The notes below the pieces were generated by a model. It worked only from the letters and a program-made list of their open reading frames with translations, was not told the origin of the DNA and made no database searches. Below, piece by piece: positions 42,562-51,743 of a stretch of 64,000 bases of DNA; the first letter of the stretch is position 1, and each line of letters starts with the position of its first letter. The position numbers were made by a program, and so were the translations under genes. The DNA lies in NCBI GenBank assembly GCA_965223155.1, contig CBDCVR010000014.1, positions 384,001-448,000 on the forward strand. Direction: 5' to 3'. The DNA is from Candidatus Multivoradales bacterium (GTDB taxonomy: Bacteria; Acidobacteriota; Thermoanaerobaculia; Multivoradales; JAHEKO01).

Positions 42562-42766
42562 GCCGTCCTCGAGACGGCCGCTCACGATCGATAGTCGGCG
42601 ACTAGCTGCATGCGCCAGCTTCGTAGGCTCGAAGCGATCGTGTGGAAGAGTGCGTGGTAATGATGACGCTCGACTTGAAAACTCGCTGGAATGGGCGGCA
42701 AGCCACCGACAAGCTCGGCCTCTTGCACTGCCCGCAACACGGTGACGAAGCGTAGCACAAGAGACC
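42562..42766. ncRNA. Candidate structured RNA upstream of infC
   Basis: Hairpins at 42717-42766 and 42562-42578, plus a long rod with internal bubble at 42594-42710. Confidence 0.35.
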
Positions 42767-42789
42767 GCTGTGCTAGCCTGCCGCACTTC

Positions 42790-43851
42790 ATGAAGCGTGC
42801 CGCCAGCGCCCTGCCGCCGATCCGCTTCGAGCCCGTCCTCAAGGACTATCTCTGGGGCGGTACCGCTCTGCGCGACCTTTTCGGCCGGGAGCTTCCGAGT
42901 GCGACCGCGGCCGAGAGCTGGGAGGTGTCGGATCACCCCCACGGCCCCACCCCGGTGCGCGAAGGCGAGCTTCAAGGGGCGACCCTGAATGAGCTCATCG
43001 CGGAGCACGGCACCGAGCTCCTGGGCACGCGCTACGTCGACGCGGCCGCGGCCGGGCGCTTCCCGCTCTTGATCAAGATCCTGGACGCGCGCCGCTGGCT
43101 GTCGGTCCAGGTCCATCCCGGAGACGCCTACGCCCGCGAGCGCGAGGGAGATTCCGGCAAGACCGAGATGTGGATCGTGCTCGACGCCGACCCGGAAGCC
43201 GAGATCATCCTGGGTTTTGCGGAAGCGCTCACCGCCGGCGAATTCAACGAAGCCGTCGCCGCCGATCGCCTGGACGAGGTTCTGCAGCGGCTGCCGGCCA
43301 GGGCCGGAGACGCCTTCTTCGTTCGCTCCGGCTTGATCCATGCGATCGGGCCGGGTCTGGTCATCGCCGAGATCCAGCAATCGAGCGACACCACCTACCG
43401 GGTCCACGACTGGGGCCGTCACGACCGGGACGGCCGGCCGCGCGAGCTCCACTTGCAGCAGGCTCGAGACGTGCTGGACTTCTCCGCCATCCGGCCGGCG
43501 GCCGTGTCTCCGGAGCCGCTCGACTTGCCAGGCGGCGAACTCCTGGTGGATTGTCCCGACTTCCGGGTCGAGCGATACCGCCTGGGCGCCTCGCCCGAAG
43601 ACGAGCGGGCGGTGCTTGCCCGCCGCTACGAGGGTCGCTGCGCCGGCGCCACCTTCGAGATCTGGGGAGTGCTGGACGGCTCCGCGACCCTCGAGTGGGA
43701 CGGCGGCCGGCTCGACCTGGAAGCGGTGGACTGGGTGCTGCTACCGGCGACTCTCGGCGCCTTCGCGATTTCGGCCGAAGGTTCGGACACCGAGGATCGC
43801 GACAGCCCCGCAACGCTGGTTCGCGTCCTCAAGCCCGACGAATCGGGCTAG
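42790..43851 (+). CDS. manA: Type I mannose-6-phosphate isomerase
   Basis: YLWGG, ESWE, LSVQVHP, GKTEMW, HAIG, EIQQSSDTTYR. Confidence 0.9.
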   Translation: MKRAASALPPIRFEPVLKDYLWGGTALRDLFGRELPSATAAESWEVSDHPHGPTPVREGELQGATLNELIAEHGTELLGTRYVDAAAAGRFPLLIKILDARRWLSVQVHPGDAYAREREGDSGKTEMWIVLDADPEAEIILGFAEALTAGEFNEAVAADRLDEVLQRLPARAGDAFFVRSGLIHAIGPGLVIAEIQQSSDTTYRVHDWGRHDRDGRPRELHLQQARDVLDFSAIRPAAVSPEPLDLPGGELLVDCPDFRVERYRLGASPEDERAVLARRYEGRCAGATFEIWGVLDGSATLEWDGGRLDLEAVDWVLLPATLGAFAISAEGSDTEDRDSPATLVRVLKPDESG

Positions 43852-43964
43852 GTCGAGCCTTGCCGATTCCCGACAGCTTGGGCTGCTCCCCAACGCAGGG
43901 TGTCGGCGCCTGTCGGTCTCGAGGCTCAGAACCGCTTTGGCTGGCGTGAACCGGAGGACTTCGA

Positions 43965-44873
43965 GTGACCCAGCTGGCCGACGTGATTCTCTACTACCAT
44001 CGCCCTTCCTTCTTCTTGGACCCGGATTGGTCGCCGGTCCCAACCGGCAGGCGTTGCCGCTACACCGGAGACAAGGCGAGGTTCTTCGAGGCAAAAGCCG
44101 TCCTGTTCGACATCCCGACGCTGACGAGCGAGGAGACCGAGCACCTCGCCAAGATTCGGCTGGCCAAGCCCGAGGGACAGATCTGGGTCGCCTTCTCGCA
44201 AGAGAGCGACCAGTGCTTCCCGCTGCTGAACGACCCGGGTTTCATGGCCCTCTTCGACCTGGAGATGTCGTATCGGCAGACTGCCCAAGTCTGGACACCG
44301 TACGTCAACCAAGAGGTCGCGGCGAGAATCTCCTCCGCCCCGGTACTGCCCAAGCGCCATCTGTGTGCGGCCTTCATTTCCAGTCGAGTCAACCTGAGCC
44401 GGCGTCTCGAACTGCTGGAAGGGCTGATGCAGCACCTACCCATTCACTCGTTCGGCAGCCAACTGCAGAACTCCATCTTGGAAGAGGACCAGGGCAACCC
44501 CCAGTACTCGCAGGCCCGCTACCAGACCAAGCTCCGGACCCTCAGACGCTACCGATACACCATCGCCTTCGAAAACAGCTTGAGCGACGACTACGTCACC
44601 GAGAAGTTCTTCCACCCGCTCATGGCCGGCTCGATCCCCGTCTATCTCGGCGCGTCCAACGTAGCCGACTATGCGCCGGGGAAAGACGCCTTCATCAACG
44701 CAGCGAATTTTCCCCATCCCCGGGAACTCGCCGAGTTCCTACTGGAAGCCGAGGACGCCAAGTACCAGGAGTGGCGAAGCCGGCCCTTGGAGCAGTCCTT
44801 TCTCGACCTCGTGTCTCGAACCACCCAGGAGCCGTTCGACGAACTCTGCGATCTGGTGTTCGGCCGAAAGTAA
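43965..44873 (+). CDS. GT10 alpha-1,3/4-fucosyltransferase
   Basis: YRYTIAFENSLSDDYVTEKF...GSIPVYLG FucT signature. Confidence 0.88.
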   Translation: MTQLADVILYYHRPSFFLDPDWSPVPTGRRCRYTGDKARFFEAKAVLFDIPTLTSEETEHLAKIRLAKPEGQIWVAFSQESDQCFPLLNDPGFMALFDLEMSYRQTAQVWTPYVNQEVAARISSAPVLPKRHLCAAFISSRVNLSRRLELLEGLMQHLPIHSFGSQLQNSILEEDQGNPQYSQARYQTKLRTLRRYRYTIAFENSLSDDYVTEKFFHPLMAGSIPVYLGASNVADYAPGKDAFINAANFPHPRELAEFLLEAEDAKYQEWRSRPLEQSFLDLVSRTTQEPFDELCDLVFGRK

Positions 44874-44917
44874 CCGCGTCCGGCTGGCTCGAAGAGCTCG
44901 AGGCGCGCGCGCAAAGC

Positions 44918-46030
44918 CTATCGGCCCGGCCTGTTGCCAGCGGCACCGGCCTCGGCCAGGACTCGCTTGGCCCGGATTTCAACATTACCCGGGTTCGCGG
45001 CTTCGGCCTTCCGCAACCAGGACAGAGCTCGGCTCCAAGCGCCTTCGACCAAGAAGGTAGCGCCGTAGAGACCCCAGGCAAATTCCCCAAATAGCCTCTT
45101 GTCGTACCCCAGGCCGTGAACGGCCAGGCGCGGGACCTCTTCCGCCAGGAGTTGGTCCAGGAAGAATCGAGCCGCCGTCTGCCGGCCTTCCTCGGAGGCC
45201 AGGCGCGCACCCCACCAAAGCAGCAGGGGATCGCAAGGCGCTCGGTCCCAGCCTTCCCGCCAAAGGTCCGCGGCATCCACCAGTCGCGGACCCTCGGCGG
45301 AGAAGTGCAGATCCAGGAGATCCCCGAAGAGCAAGGCGTCCCCAGCCCGAACCGGCCTTGCCCGCAGGGCCTCCAACCCGCGCCGCCAGGCCGTTTCGCC
45401 TTCGGAATAGGCACCCAGTCCGACTCTGGCCTCCCCCAACGCGTGCCAAAGATAGACGCGCTCGGGATCCAGCTCTACGGCCTGGAGCAGCATCGGCAGG
45501 TTGCGCTCGTGCTTGGCCCGCAGGTCCCCTTCGTACCCGAGGTGCTGGATCGCCAGCGGGACGGGACGACAGCCGAGCTCCCCCGCGGCCATAATCCGCT
45601 CGAGGTCCGGAACCACGGTCTCATGAATGGGACTTCGGAACCGAAGGTCGTCTCGATTGCGAAACAGTCGGAACTCGAGATACGGAGTGAGTCGACTGGA
45701 GGCGGAGAATTCCACCAGGCCGGCGATAAGCGCGCGGTCGGCGAGAACCGGAGCCAGCTCACCGCACCGAATCACCCGCTCATCGGCGTCGAGGTAGAGG
45801 ATCCAATCCTCGGCAGCCTCGTCCAAACCCAGGTTCCGCGGCTTGGAGAAGTCATTCCGCCAGGGCTCGTGCACGACCCGGGCCCCGTGCTCCGCCGCGA
45901 CCTCCACGGAGCGGTCCCGCGAACCGGTATCTACGACGACGATCTCGTTGACAAGCTCCGCAACGGAGCGCAGGCACGCGGCAAGGTGCGCCTCCTCATC
46001 GCGAACGATGAGGACGGCGGAGATCCCCAA
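44918..46030 (-). CDS. GT2 glycosyltransferase with TPR repeats (SunS-like architecture)
   Basis: IVRDEE, VDTGSRD, DFSKPRN, LDADE, IHE, HLGY motifs and a C-terminal TPR-like region. Confidence 0.88.
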   Translation of the reverse strand: MGISAVLIVRDEEAHLAACLRSVAELVNEIVVVDTGSRDRSVEVAAEHGARVVHEPWRNDFSKPRNLGLDEAAEDWILYLDADERVIRCGELAPVLADRALIAGLVEFSASSRLTPYLEFRLFRNRDDLRFRSPIHETVVPDLERIMAAGELGCRPVPLAIQHLGYEGDLRAKHERNLPMLLQAVELDPERVYLWHALGEARVGLGAYSEGETAWRRGLEALRARPVRAGDALLFGDLLDLHFSAEGPRLVDAADLWREGWDRAPCDPLLLWWGARLASEEGRQTAARFFLDQLLAEEVPRLAVHGLGYDKRLFGEFAWGLYGATFLVEGAWSRALSWLRKAEAANPGNVEIRAKRVLAEAGAAGNRPGR

Positions 46031-46042
46031 GCGACGGGGACT

Positions 46043-46195
46043 CTAGGTCGTGTTCGGCTGCGCCGAAGCCGGTCGCGCCATCAAGCCCGACATCGTGAAG
46101 GAGGCCACGAGCGGGGCTACGAAACCGGCCCCAATCGCCTTGCGAATGAAACCGCGCCGCGACTCATCAATGGATTCGAGGATCTTCTCTTGCAT
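46043..46195 (-). CDS. 50-aa putative RiPP precursor with twin-arginine leader
   Basis: Manual translation MQEKILESIDESRRGFIRKAIGAGFVAPLVASFTMSGLMARPASAQPNTT. GAAGGAGGAA RBS 5 nt before ATG. Stop is 12 nt before the GT2-TPR start. Confidence 0.75.
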   Translation of the reverse strand: MQEKILESIDESRRGFIRKAIGAGFVAPLVASFTMSGLMARPASAQPNTT

Positions 46196-46255
46196 CGAAC
46201 TTCCTCCTTCTCCGGCCTGTCAGTCGGCACTCCGGGATATCCCTAGATTGAGCGG

Positions 46256-46285
46256 AGTATCGCAAACCGGTTTCGCGGCTGTCAA
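46256..46285 (-). promoter_or_regulatory. Putative dedicated promoter of the precursor gene, with palindrome in the spacer
   Basis: Minus strand TTGACA-18 bp-GATACT, with AAACCGGTTT palindrome at 46264-46273. Confidence 0.4.
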
Positions 46286-46325
46286 TCAGACGGTCACCCG
46301 GACGGAGCTGAGCCTTTCCGTCGGC

Positions 46326-47162
46326 CTAGCCCCGGGAACTATGGCTTCGGGAGGCATTCTCGAGAGAAGCAATCGCCTCGTCGATTCGGCCCAGAGTCAA
46401 CCGCCAGCCACCGCTTGCCCCCAGGAAGCTCGCCGCGGCCAGCAGGCTCTTTCGCGTCTCGCCCCAACGAAAGGAGTTCCTGAGGAGGTTCTCGATCAAG
46501 TGATGGGGCGGCGCGGGCTCCAACGAGCTCTTACCACCGTGATTCGGGGTGATCGATACCAGCCGATCGATCGGAGCTCGCTTGAGCCTCCACTGAGACC
46601 CAATCCTTCGGGGCGGGACACTCCAGACAACCTCGTCGCCGGAGCCCATGCGGGGCTGGCCGGCCAGAATCGCTCCGAGCCCGGGCACGACCTCGTCGCT
46701 TCCCTTCTTGAGTTGCAGACAACGTGGGAACGCAATCACCTCGCCCCCGGAAAAGAGTGCCAGCTCGTCGCCCTCGACCTCATGCCCCGCACTCAGCAAC
46801 GCGGCGGCCAGCGTCGACTTTCCGGCGTGCTTTGCGCCCAAGATCAGCAGGCGGCAGCCCGCCACCGTTGTCGTCACCCCGTGAAAGACGATCCAACCGG
46901 CCAGAGCCAGGCGCTCGATGGCTTGGCAGTAGGCCCGCTGGTAGAGAATGAAGAGTGCATCCCCGGCCGAAGGGGCGGAATCGCAAAGGTCTCCGGCGCG
47001 CAGGATCTCGAACGGGCCGTCGCCTCGCACCTCGAATCGCAGCAGCTTCTTGGGCTCAAGTGGCTGCTCGGCGACGGTTGCGGCATAGGCCAGGAGCGAC
47101 TCGAGCTCGCGGCTGGCGGTCTCGATCTCAACCTGGCAGCCGAGCAGTTGAAACGAAATCAA
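46326..47162 (-). CDS. HPr kinase-related P-loop kinase
   Basis: FHGV...LILGAKHAGKSTLAAALLSAGHEVEGDE. Overlaps the PqqD stop codon. Confidence 0.8.
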   Translation of the reverse strand: MISFQLLGCQVEIETASRELESLLAYAATVAEQPLEPKKLLRFEVRGDGPFEILRAGDLCDSAPSAGDALFILYQRAYCQAIERLALAGWIVFHGVTTTVAGCRLLILGAKHAGKSTLAAALLSAGHEVEGDELALFSGGEVIAFPRCLQLKKGSDEVVPGLGAILAGQPRMGSGDEVVWSVPPRRIGSQWRLKRAPIDRLVSITPNHGGKSSLEPAPPHHLIENLLRNSFRWGETRKSLLAAASFLGASGGWRLTLGRIDEAIASLENASRSHSSRG

Positions 47163-47458
47163 TCGGTTTCGGCCGGAACTTCGGACTCGACGGCGACCAG
47201 AATACTCTCGTCCATGAGCTGCTGGACTCCCGCACGGACCTCCTCGACCGGCGTCGCGTCCAACTGAAACAGGTCGGCGACGAGCTTAGGCAGGTCCGAG
47301 GTCGCGCGGGTTCCGTCGCACAGTTCGAAGAGGACCGCCGCGGTCTGGTTCAAGTGGTGAACCCGCTGCGTCTCCGGGAAGAAGATCACCAAGCCATCCT
47401 GGGCGTCATGCACCTCGATACCGTCGCAGCGGCGAAGAAACTCGGGGACGGCTGTCAT
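47159..47458 (-). CDS. PqqD-family RiPP recognition element (stand-alone)
   Basis: VHHLNQTAAVLFELCDG...EEVRAGVQQLMDESIL, a typical PqqD winged-helix pattern; 99 aa. Confidence 0.85.
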   Translation of the reverse strand: MTAVPEFLRRCDGIEVHDAQDGLVIFFPETQRVHHLNQTAAVLFELCDGTRATSDLPKLVADLFQLDATPVEEVRAGVQQLMDESILVAVESEVPAETD

Positions 47459-47471
47459 GCGTCTGCCGATC

Positions 47472-48758
47472 CTAGCACCCAGGCAAGGTGGTTCCCGCTC
47501 GGGCGGCAGCCACCACGGCGGCCAGCTTTTCGCTCACGACCGAGCGCTCGTGGTGGGCTCGAACCCAGCGAAGCGCTCGCTCCGCCTGACGCCGAGCCCC
47601 GTCGCCGCCGGCGATCAGCTCACCGGCGGCGCGCGCCAGGTCCTCGCTGGTAGCGCCGACCCGCGCAAACCGCCGGCCCGCCGGTCCGAGCCCAGCCGAG
47701 CCCTCGGGAGTGGTCACCACGGGAACACCCCAGGCGAAGGCCTCGAGAATCTTGACGTGACTCCCGCCGCCTGCTCGGGTGGGCACTACCGTCGCCGAAG
47801 CCCGTCGGTAGAAGGGAGCGAGATCAGCTACCCAGCCATGCGTCGAGACGCCAGGCGTTCGCGCCAACCGCTCGAGAGCTGCGCGCGGGCCCTTCCCCAC
47901 CAGGTCCACTTGGGTTTCCGGATGGTCCGCGCGAACCATCGGCAAGACAGCGTGGACGAGCCGCTCAGCCGCGTCCAGGTTTGGAAGGTAGTGGAAGTTG
48001 CCGAGCAGAAGCAGATTCTTACCACCCGGCGCACCCGGGTTCTGACTGTCGGCCGGTGGTATCGCGACCGCGTTTTCGATGGCTTCGACCGACTCCAGCC
48101 CGTGTCGGCTTGCGAGGCTCAGCGCGTCCCGTTCGCTAGCGGCAAGGACGCGATCGAACCACGGCAGCACCGCCGAGCCGAAATGTAGATAGGCTGCAGC
48201 GTCCGCGTCCAAGGACCCGGCAAGATCGTCTTCCGAGCGGTCTCTCGAGATGGCTGCAAGGCTCCGCAGGGTCGCGACGTCGTCGTCGTCGGCATCCAAG
48301 ATCCACACCGACGGCCCAGAATGCCGCTGCCGATCGGCCGCCGTGAACCCATCCAGCCCGACCAGCATGCCCGCGAGGTACAGCCTCAACACGTAGAGCG
48401 TGTCGAACCGGCGACCCAGCCGCTCGTCAATGGCGGCGCCCAGCTCCGGTGTGGCGCCTCTCGCCAACTCCGGCAGGGCGCCACAGCGTTCCAACAGCTC
48501 ACGGCTCGCCGGCCGCTCGAGCCAGGCGCGCACCGCTTCTCTGCCGGTCATGGGCTCGAACATCTCGACCCGATCGGCATATTCGGACAGCCAAGACGAG
48601 TCGAACCGATCCCGCCCGGGCTCGGCGACCGGGACGATACCGACCGTCAGACGGTGGGAGCGTGCCAGAGCCACCACGGCCAGAGCCGCCCGCATCGCCA
48701 ATCCGTTGCCGGAGAGGGCCGGGGTGATCGGGGTAAGCAGCAGCCCGCGCGGTGCTAT
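47472..48758 (-). CDS. GT4 glycosyltransferase (start at ATA 48758 or TTG 48701)
   Basis: LGNFHYLPNLDA, GGGSHVKILEAFAWGVPVVTT. Conserved-looking LLLTPITPALSGNGLAMR lies upstream of the ORF-track start. Confidence 0.82.
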   Translation of the reverse strand: MAPRGLLLTPITPALSGNGLAMRAALAVVALARSHRLTVGIVPVAEPGRDRFDSSWLSEYADRVEMFEPMTGREAVRAWLERPASRELLERCGALPELARGATPELGAAIDERLGRRFDTLYVLRLYLAGMLVGLDGFTAADRQRHSGPSVWILDADDDDVATLRSLAAISRDRSEDDLAGSLDADAAAYLHFGSAVLPWFDRVLAASERDALSLASRHGLESVEAIENAVAIPPADSQNPGAPGGKNLLLLGNFHYLPNLDAAERLVHAVLPMVRADHPETQVDLVGKGPRAALERLARTPGVSTHGWVADLAPFYRRASATVVPTRAGGGSHVKILEAFAWGVPVVTTPEGSAGLGPAGRRFARVGATSEDLARAAGELIAGGDGARRQAERALRWVRAHHERSVVSEKLAAVVAAARAGTTLPGC

Positions 48759-48787
48759 TCTTTGCCTCCTCTCCGAGCCCCGGAACC

Positions 48788-49654
48788 GTGGTCAGAATTC
48801 CTCGCCGTGCGCACTTCGTCTTTGGATTGAAGCGATCTCGGTCCCCGTTCCACTTCCTCCATTATGTTGCCATCGAATCCTGCCGGCAGGTGTTGCGACC
48901 GAACGAGATCTTCTTTCATTACCATCACCTGCCCTTCGGCGAGTTCTGGGACCTGGTTCGTCCCCATCTACACTTGCACAGGGTCCCTCTGGTCGATGAG
49001 GTCCTGGAAACAAACTACGACGAGCGGCTGGTGCCACCCGAGTATCGATACGCCCACCACGCAGATTTCGTCCGCTTGGACGCCTTGATCGAGCACGGCG
49101 GGGTTTACGCCGACATCGATACGGTCTTCGTCAACCCGTTCCCTGAGTCTCTATTCGAGGGGTCTTTCGTGATCGGCCGGGAGCGGCCGGTCCCGGACGA
49201 ACGCACCGGTGAGCTCAAGCCGTCGTTGTGCAATGCCCTGCTGATGGCCGAACCGGGCAGCAAGTTCGCGATCGAATGGCGACGCCGCATGGCCGGCGCT
49301 CTCAACGGCACCTGGAACAACCACGCATGCTTCTTGCCGGAGCGGCTGAGTCGCGAAATGCCTGGCGAGTTGGACGTCGAGCCCGAGGAATCCTTCTTCC
49401 CCGTGCCCTGCACGCAGGAGGGCCTCGAGCGCTTGCTCGAGGGCGGCTGGATCGAACTCGACCATAGCTACTCCGTCCATCTGTGGAGCCATGTCTGGTG
49501 GGATGCCGAGCGCCTGGACTTCAGCCCTCGGCACAGCGGAGACTTCACGTACCAGGCCGTGCGTGAAGGCGGCGGCGGGAGTGCGCTCGAGCGCTTGGCG
49601 CACGCCTACCTTCCGGACCTGGAGGTAGACGACCTGGGACCATCCGTCAGATGA
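48788..49654 (+). CDS. GT32-like DXD glycosyltransferase
   Basis: IPRRAHFVF, ADFVRLDALIEHGGVYADID, VHLW. Confidence 0.82.
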   Translation: MVRIPRRAHFVFGLKRSRSPFHFLHYVAIESCRQVLRPNEIFFHYHHLPFGEFWDLVRPHLHLHRVPLVDEVLETNYDERLVPPEYRYAHHADFVRLDALIEHGGVYADIDTVFVNPFPESLFEGSFVIGRERPVPDERTGELKPSLCNALLMAEPGSKFAIEWRRRMAGALNGTWNNHACFLPERLSREMPGELDVEPEESFFPVPCTQEGLERLLEGGWIELDHSYSVHLWSHVWWDAERLDFSPRHSGDFTYQAVREGGGGSALERLAHAYLPDLEVDDLGPSVR

Positions 49655-50859
49655 CGGACGCCTTCGGGCTCAAGCTCGTGACGACGACGCCCGGGGGAGG
49701 GTACGGCGATGCCGCCCTCGAATACCTTCGCGGCCTGACCGATCTGGGAATTCCGGTCACCTGGCAGGTAGTGCGGGACGGGCATTGGGGGGCCCCGGCG
49801 AGACGAGTCGACTTGCCGTTCGACCTTCGGCGGAACTCCGCCCGGCTCGCATCGCTCTTCGACCGTTCTATTCCCCACGACACCTTCTTGCTTTGTATCC
49901 CTCCGCCGGCCTGGCATCTACGTTGGCTCCAGCAGGAGGAGCACACGACGCCCTTTGCTGGCGCCACCTGGGAGGCGGATCGCCTGCCGGCGAGTTGGCC
50001 GCCAGTGCTCAACCACTTCAGCACCGTCGTCGTACCTTCCGAGTTCAACCGCTCGGTGTTCGTCGCCAGTGGCGTGCGAGTTCCCGTCGAAGTCGTCCCC
50101 TATTGCGCCCGCGAGGTCCAGCCCGTGCCGGGAGGCCCACCCTGGGGCAGGGTCGCGGACGACGACTTCGTCTTCTACACCCTGGGTTCCTGGACCGCCC
50201 GCAAGGCTATCGAGGAAACGATTCGCGCCTACCTCGGAACGTTCACCGGCGACGATAGGGTCGCGCTCATCGTCAAGACGGGGGCCATCGACTGGATCGC
50301 GATCAAAGGCATGACCGTGGAGGAGAGAACCGAAGGGCCACCCCACCTGGGCACGAGTTGGTGGCAGCTCGCCCAGATCGTGGGCGAGTACGAGAATCCG
50401 GCCAAGATTCACCTCGTCGCCGACAGGTTGCCTCTACGAGAAATCGATCGTCTTCATACCCGGGGGGACTGCTTTGTCTCCTTAACACGCGGCGAGGGTT
50501 GGGGCCTAGGACCCTTCGACGCCGGTCTTTTCGGCAATCCGTCGATCGTGACCGGATGGGGTGGGCAGCTCGACTTCCTGGGGAGCGACTACCCGTTTCT
50601 CGTTGACTACGAGCTCGAATCGACGGCCGACTCTCCCGCGAACGGTTACCTCGATCCACCGCGTCAGATCCGCTGGGCGAAGCCGGACGTCGGGCAGGCC
50701 AGCCGGCTCATGCGTCGGGTCTTCGACGAGCGCCGGCAGGCACGGGAGCTGGGCGCCGAGCTCGGCCGGCGGCTCCGGTCCCGCTACCGGCGGCAGACCG
50801 TCTGCCGCCGCTTGGCCGAGGTGATGAATCTCGCCGTCAGACAACCGGAGGCCCGGTGA
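49651..50859 (+). CDS. GT4-like glycosyltransferase
   Basis: GGYG, TWE, VPSEFN, RK, DCFVSLTRGEGWGL, VTGWGGQ. Confidence 0.82.
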   Translation: MTDAFGLKLVTTTPGGGYGDAALEYLRGLTDLGIPVTWQVVRDGHWGAPARRVDLPFDLRRNSARLASLFDRSIPHDTFLLCIPPPAWHLRWLQQEEHTTPFAGATWEADRLPASWPPVLNHFSTVVVPSEFNRSVFVASGVRVPVEVVPYCAREVQPVPGGPPWGRVADDDFVFYTLGSWTARKAIEETIRAYLGTFTGDDRVALIVKTGAIDWIAIKGMTVEERTEGPPHLGTSWWQLAQIVGEYENPAKIHLVADRLPLREIDRLHTRGDCFVSLTRGEGWGLGPFDAGLFGNPSIVTGWGGQLDFLGSDYPFLVDYELESTADSPANGYLDPPRQIRWAKPDVGQASRLMRRVFDERRQARELGAELGRRLRSRYRRQTVCRRLAEVMNLAVRQPEAR

Positions 50860-51650
50860 AGACCGTTCTGGTCAATTACGCAACGGGCCCGTTCGCCGGA
50901 TATAGGGCGCTGCTGACTCTGACCGGGCAGCGGGCCGGCTGCGACGATTGCTTGGAGTTCGGCCCCCAGGACCTGGACGCGGAGTTTCGTCGCAGGCACC
51001 GCGAGACCCTCGCCGCTCGCCGCGGCGCCGGCTACTTCCTATGGAAGCCCTACATCTTGGTCCGGGCCTTGCAACGCGTGGCACCCGGAGACGTCCTTTT
51101 CTATTGCGACGCCGGGATTCATTGCGTTCGACCGATCCAGCCGCTCCTCGACCTCCTCGAGGGCGGCTCTTCGGACCTCGTCATTCTGGACGGAGGCTTC
51201 CGCGAGTCACAATACACGAAACGGGATGCGTTCCTCCTGATGGGCTGTGACTCGAGCGAATTCGTCGAGACTCCCCAGAGCTTCGCCGGCGCGTTCTTGT
51301 TGCGCAAGACAGAGTGGGCCGAACGGTTTGCGCGCGAGTTTCTCGCCTATGCCTGCGATGACCGAGTCTTGACCGACCGAGCCAATGTGCTGGGAGAAGA
51401 CGACTACCCGGATTTCATCGAACATCGTCACGATCAATCGATTCTGAGCCTGCTGGCCAAGCGGTACGGCATCTCGTTCACCCCCAATCCGTTTCTGGGC
51501 CAGGGCCTAGTCGAAAGAACCGGCCCCCGCATTCTGAACCACACGCGCCAGGCCTACCCGCTCAAGGACGTGGTTCTCTACTTGCTGGCGCGCGGTGCGT
51601 TGCGGATCGAAGACCTCCCGAGCCTCGAGCGAGCGGTCGGCCATGAGTGA
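50856..51650 (+). CDS. Putative GT-A fold glycosyltransferase-like protein
   Basis: RGAGYFLWKPYI, YCDAG, HRHDQSILSLL; translationally coupled within the GT operon. Confidence 0.6.
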   Translation: MKTVLVNYATGPFAGYRALLTLTGQRAGCDDCLEFGPQDLDAEFRRRHRETLAARRGAGYFLWKPYILVRALQRVAPGDVLFYCDAGIHCVRPIQPLLDLLEGGSSDLVILDGGFRESQYTKRDAFLLMGCDSSEFVETPQSFAGAFLLRKTEWAERFAREFLAYACDDRVLTDRANVLGEDDYPDFIEHRHDQSILSLLAKRYGISFTPNPFLGQGLVERTGPRILNHTRQAYPLKDVVLYLLARGALRIEDLPSLERAVGHE

Positions 51651-51743
51651 TCATGGATCGGCAGTCGCCCTGAGAGAACCTTCCGAGCCGCCTTCCGCTG
51701 AGCTCCCGAGCCGGCTGGCCTCGGTCTCCTCCATGCTCTCTCG

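Noticed and set aside
43855-43927. Nested imperfect hairpin between manA and GT10
   Set aside because: No U-tract and no second copy seen; cannot be separated from chance pairing at this GC content.
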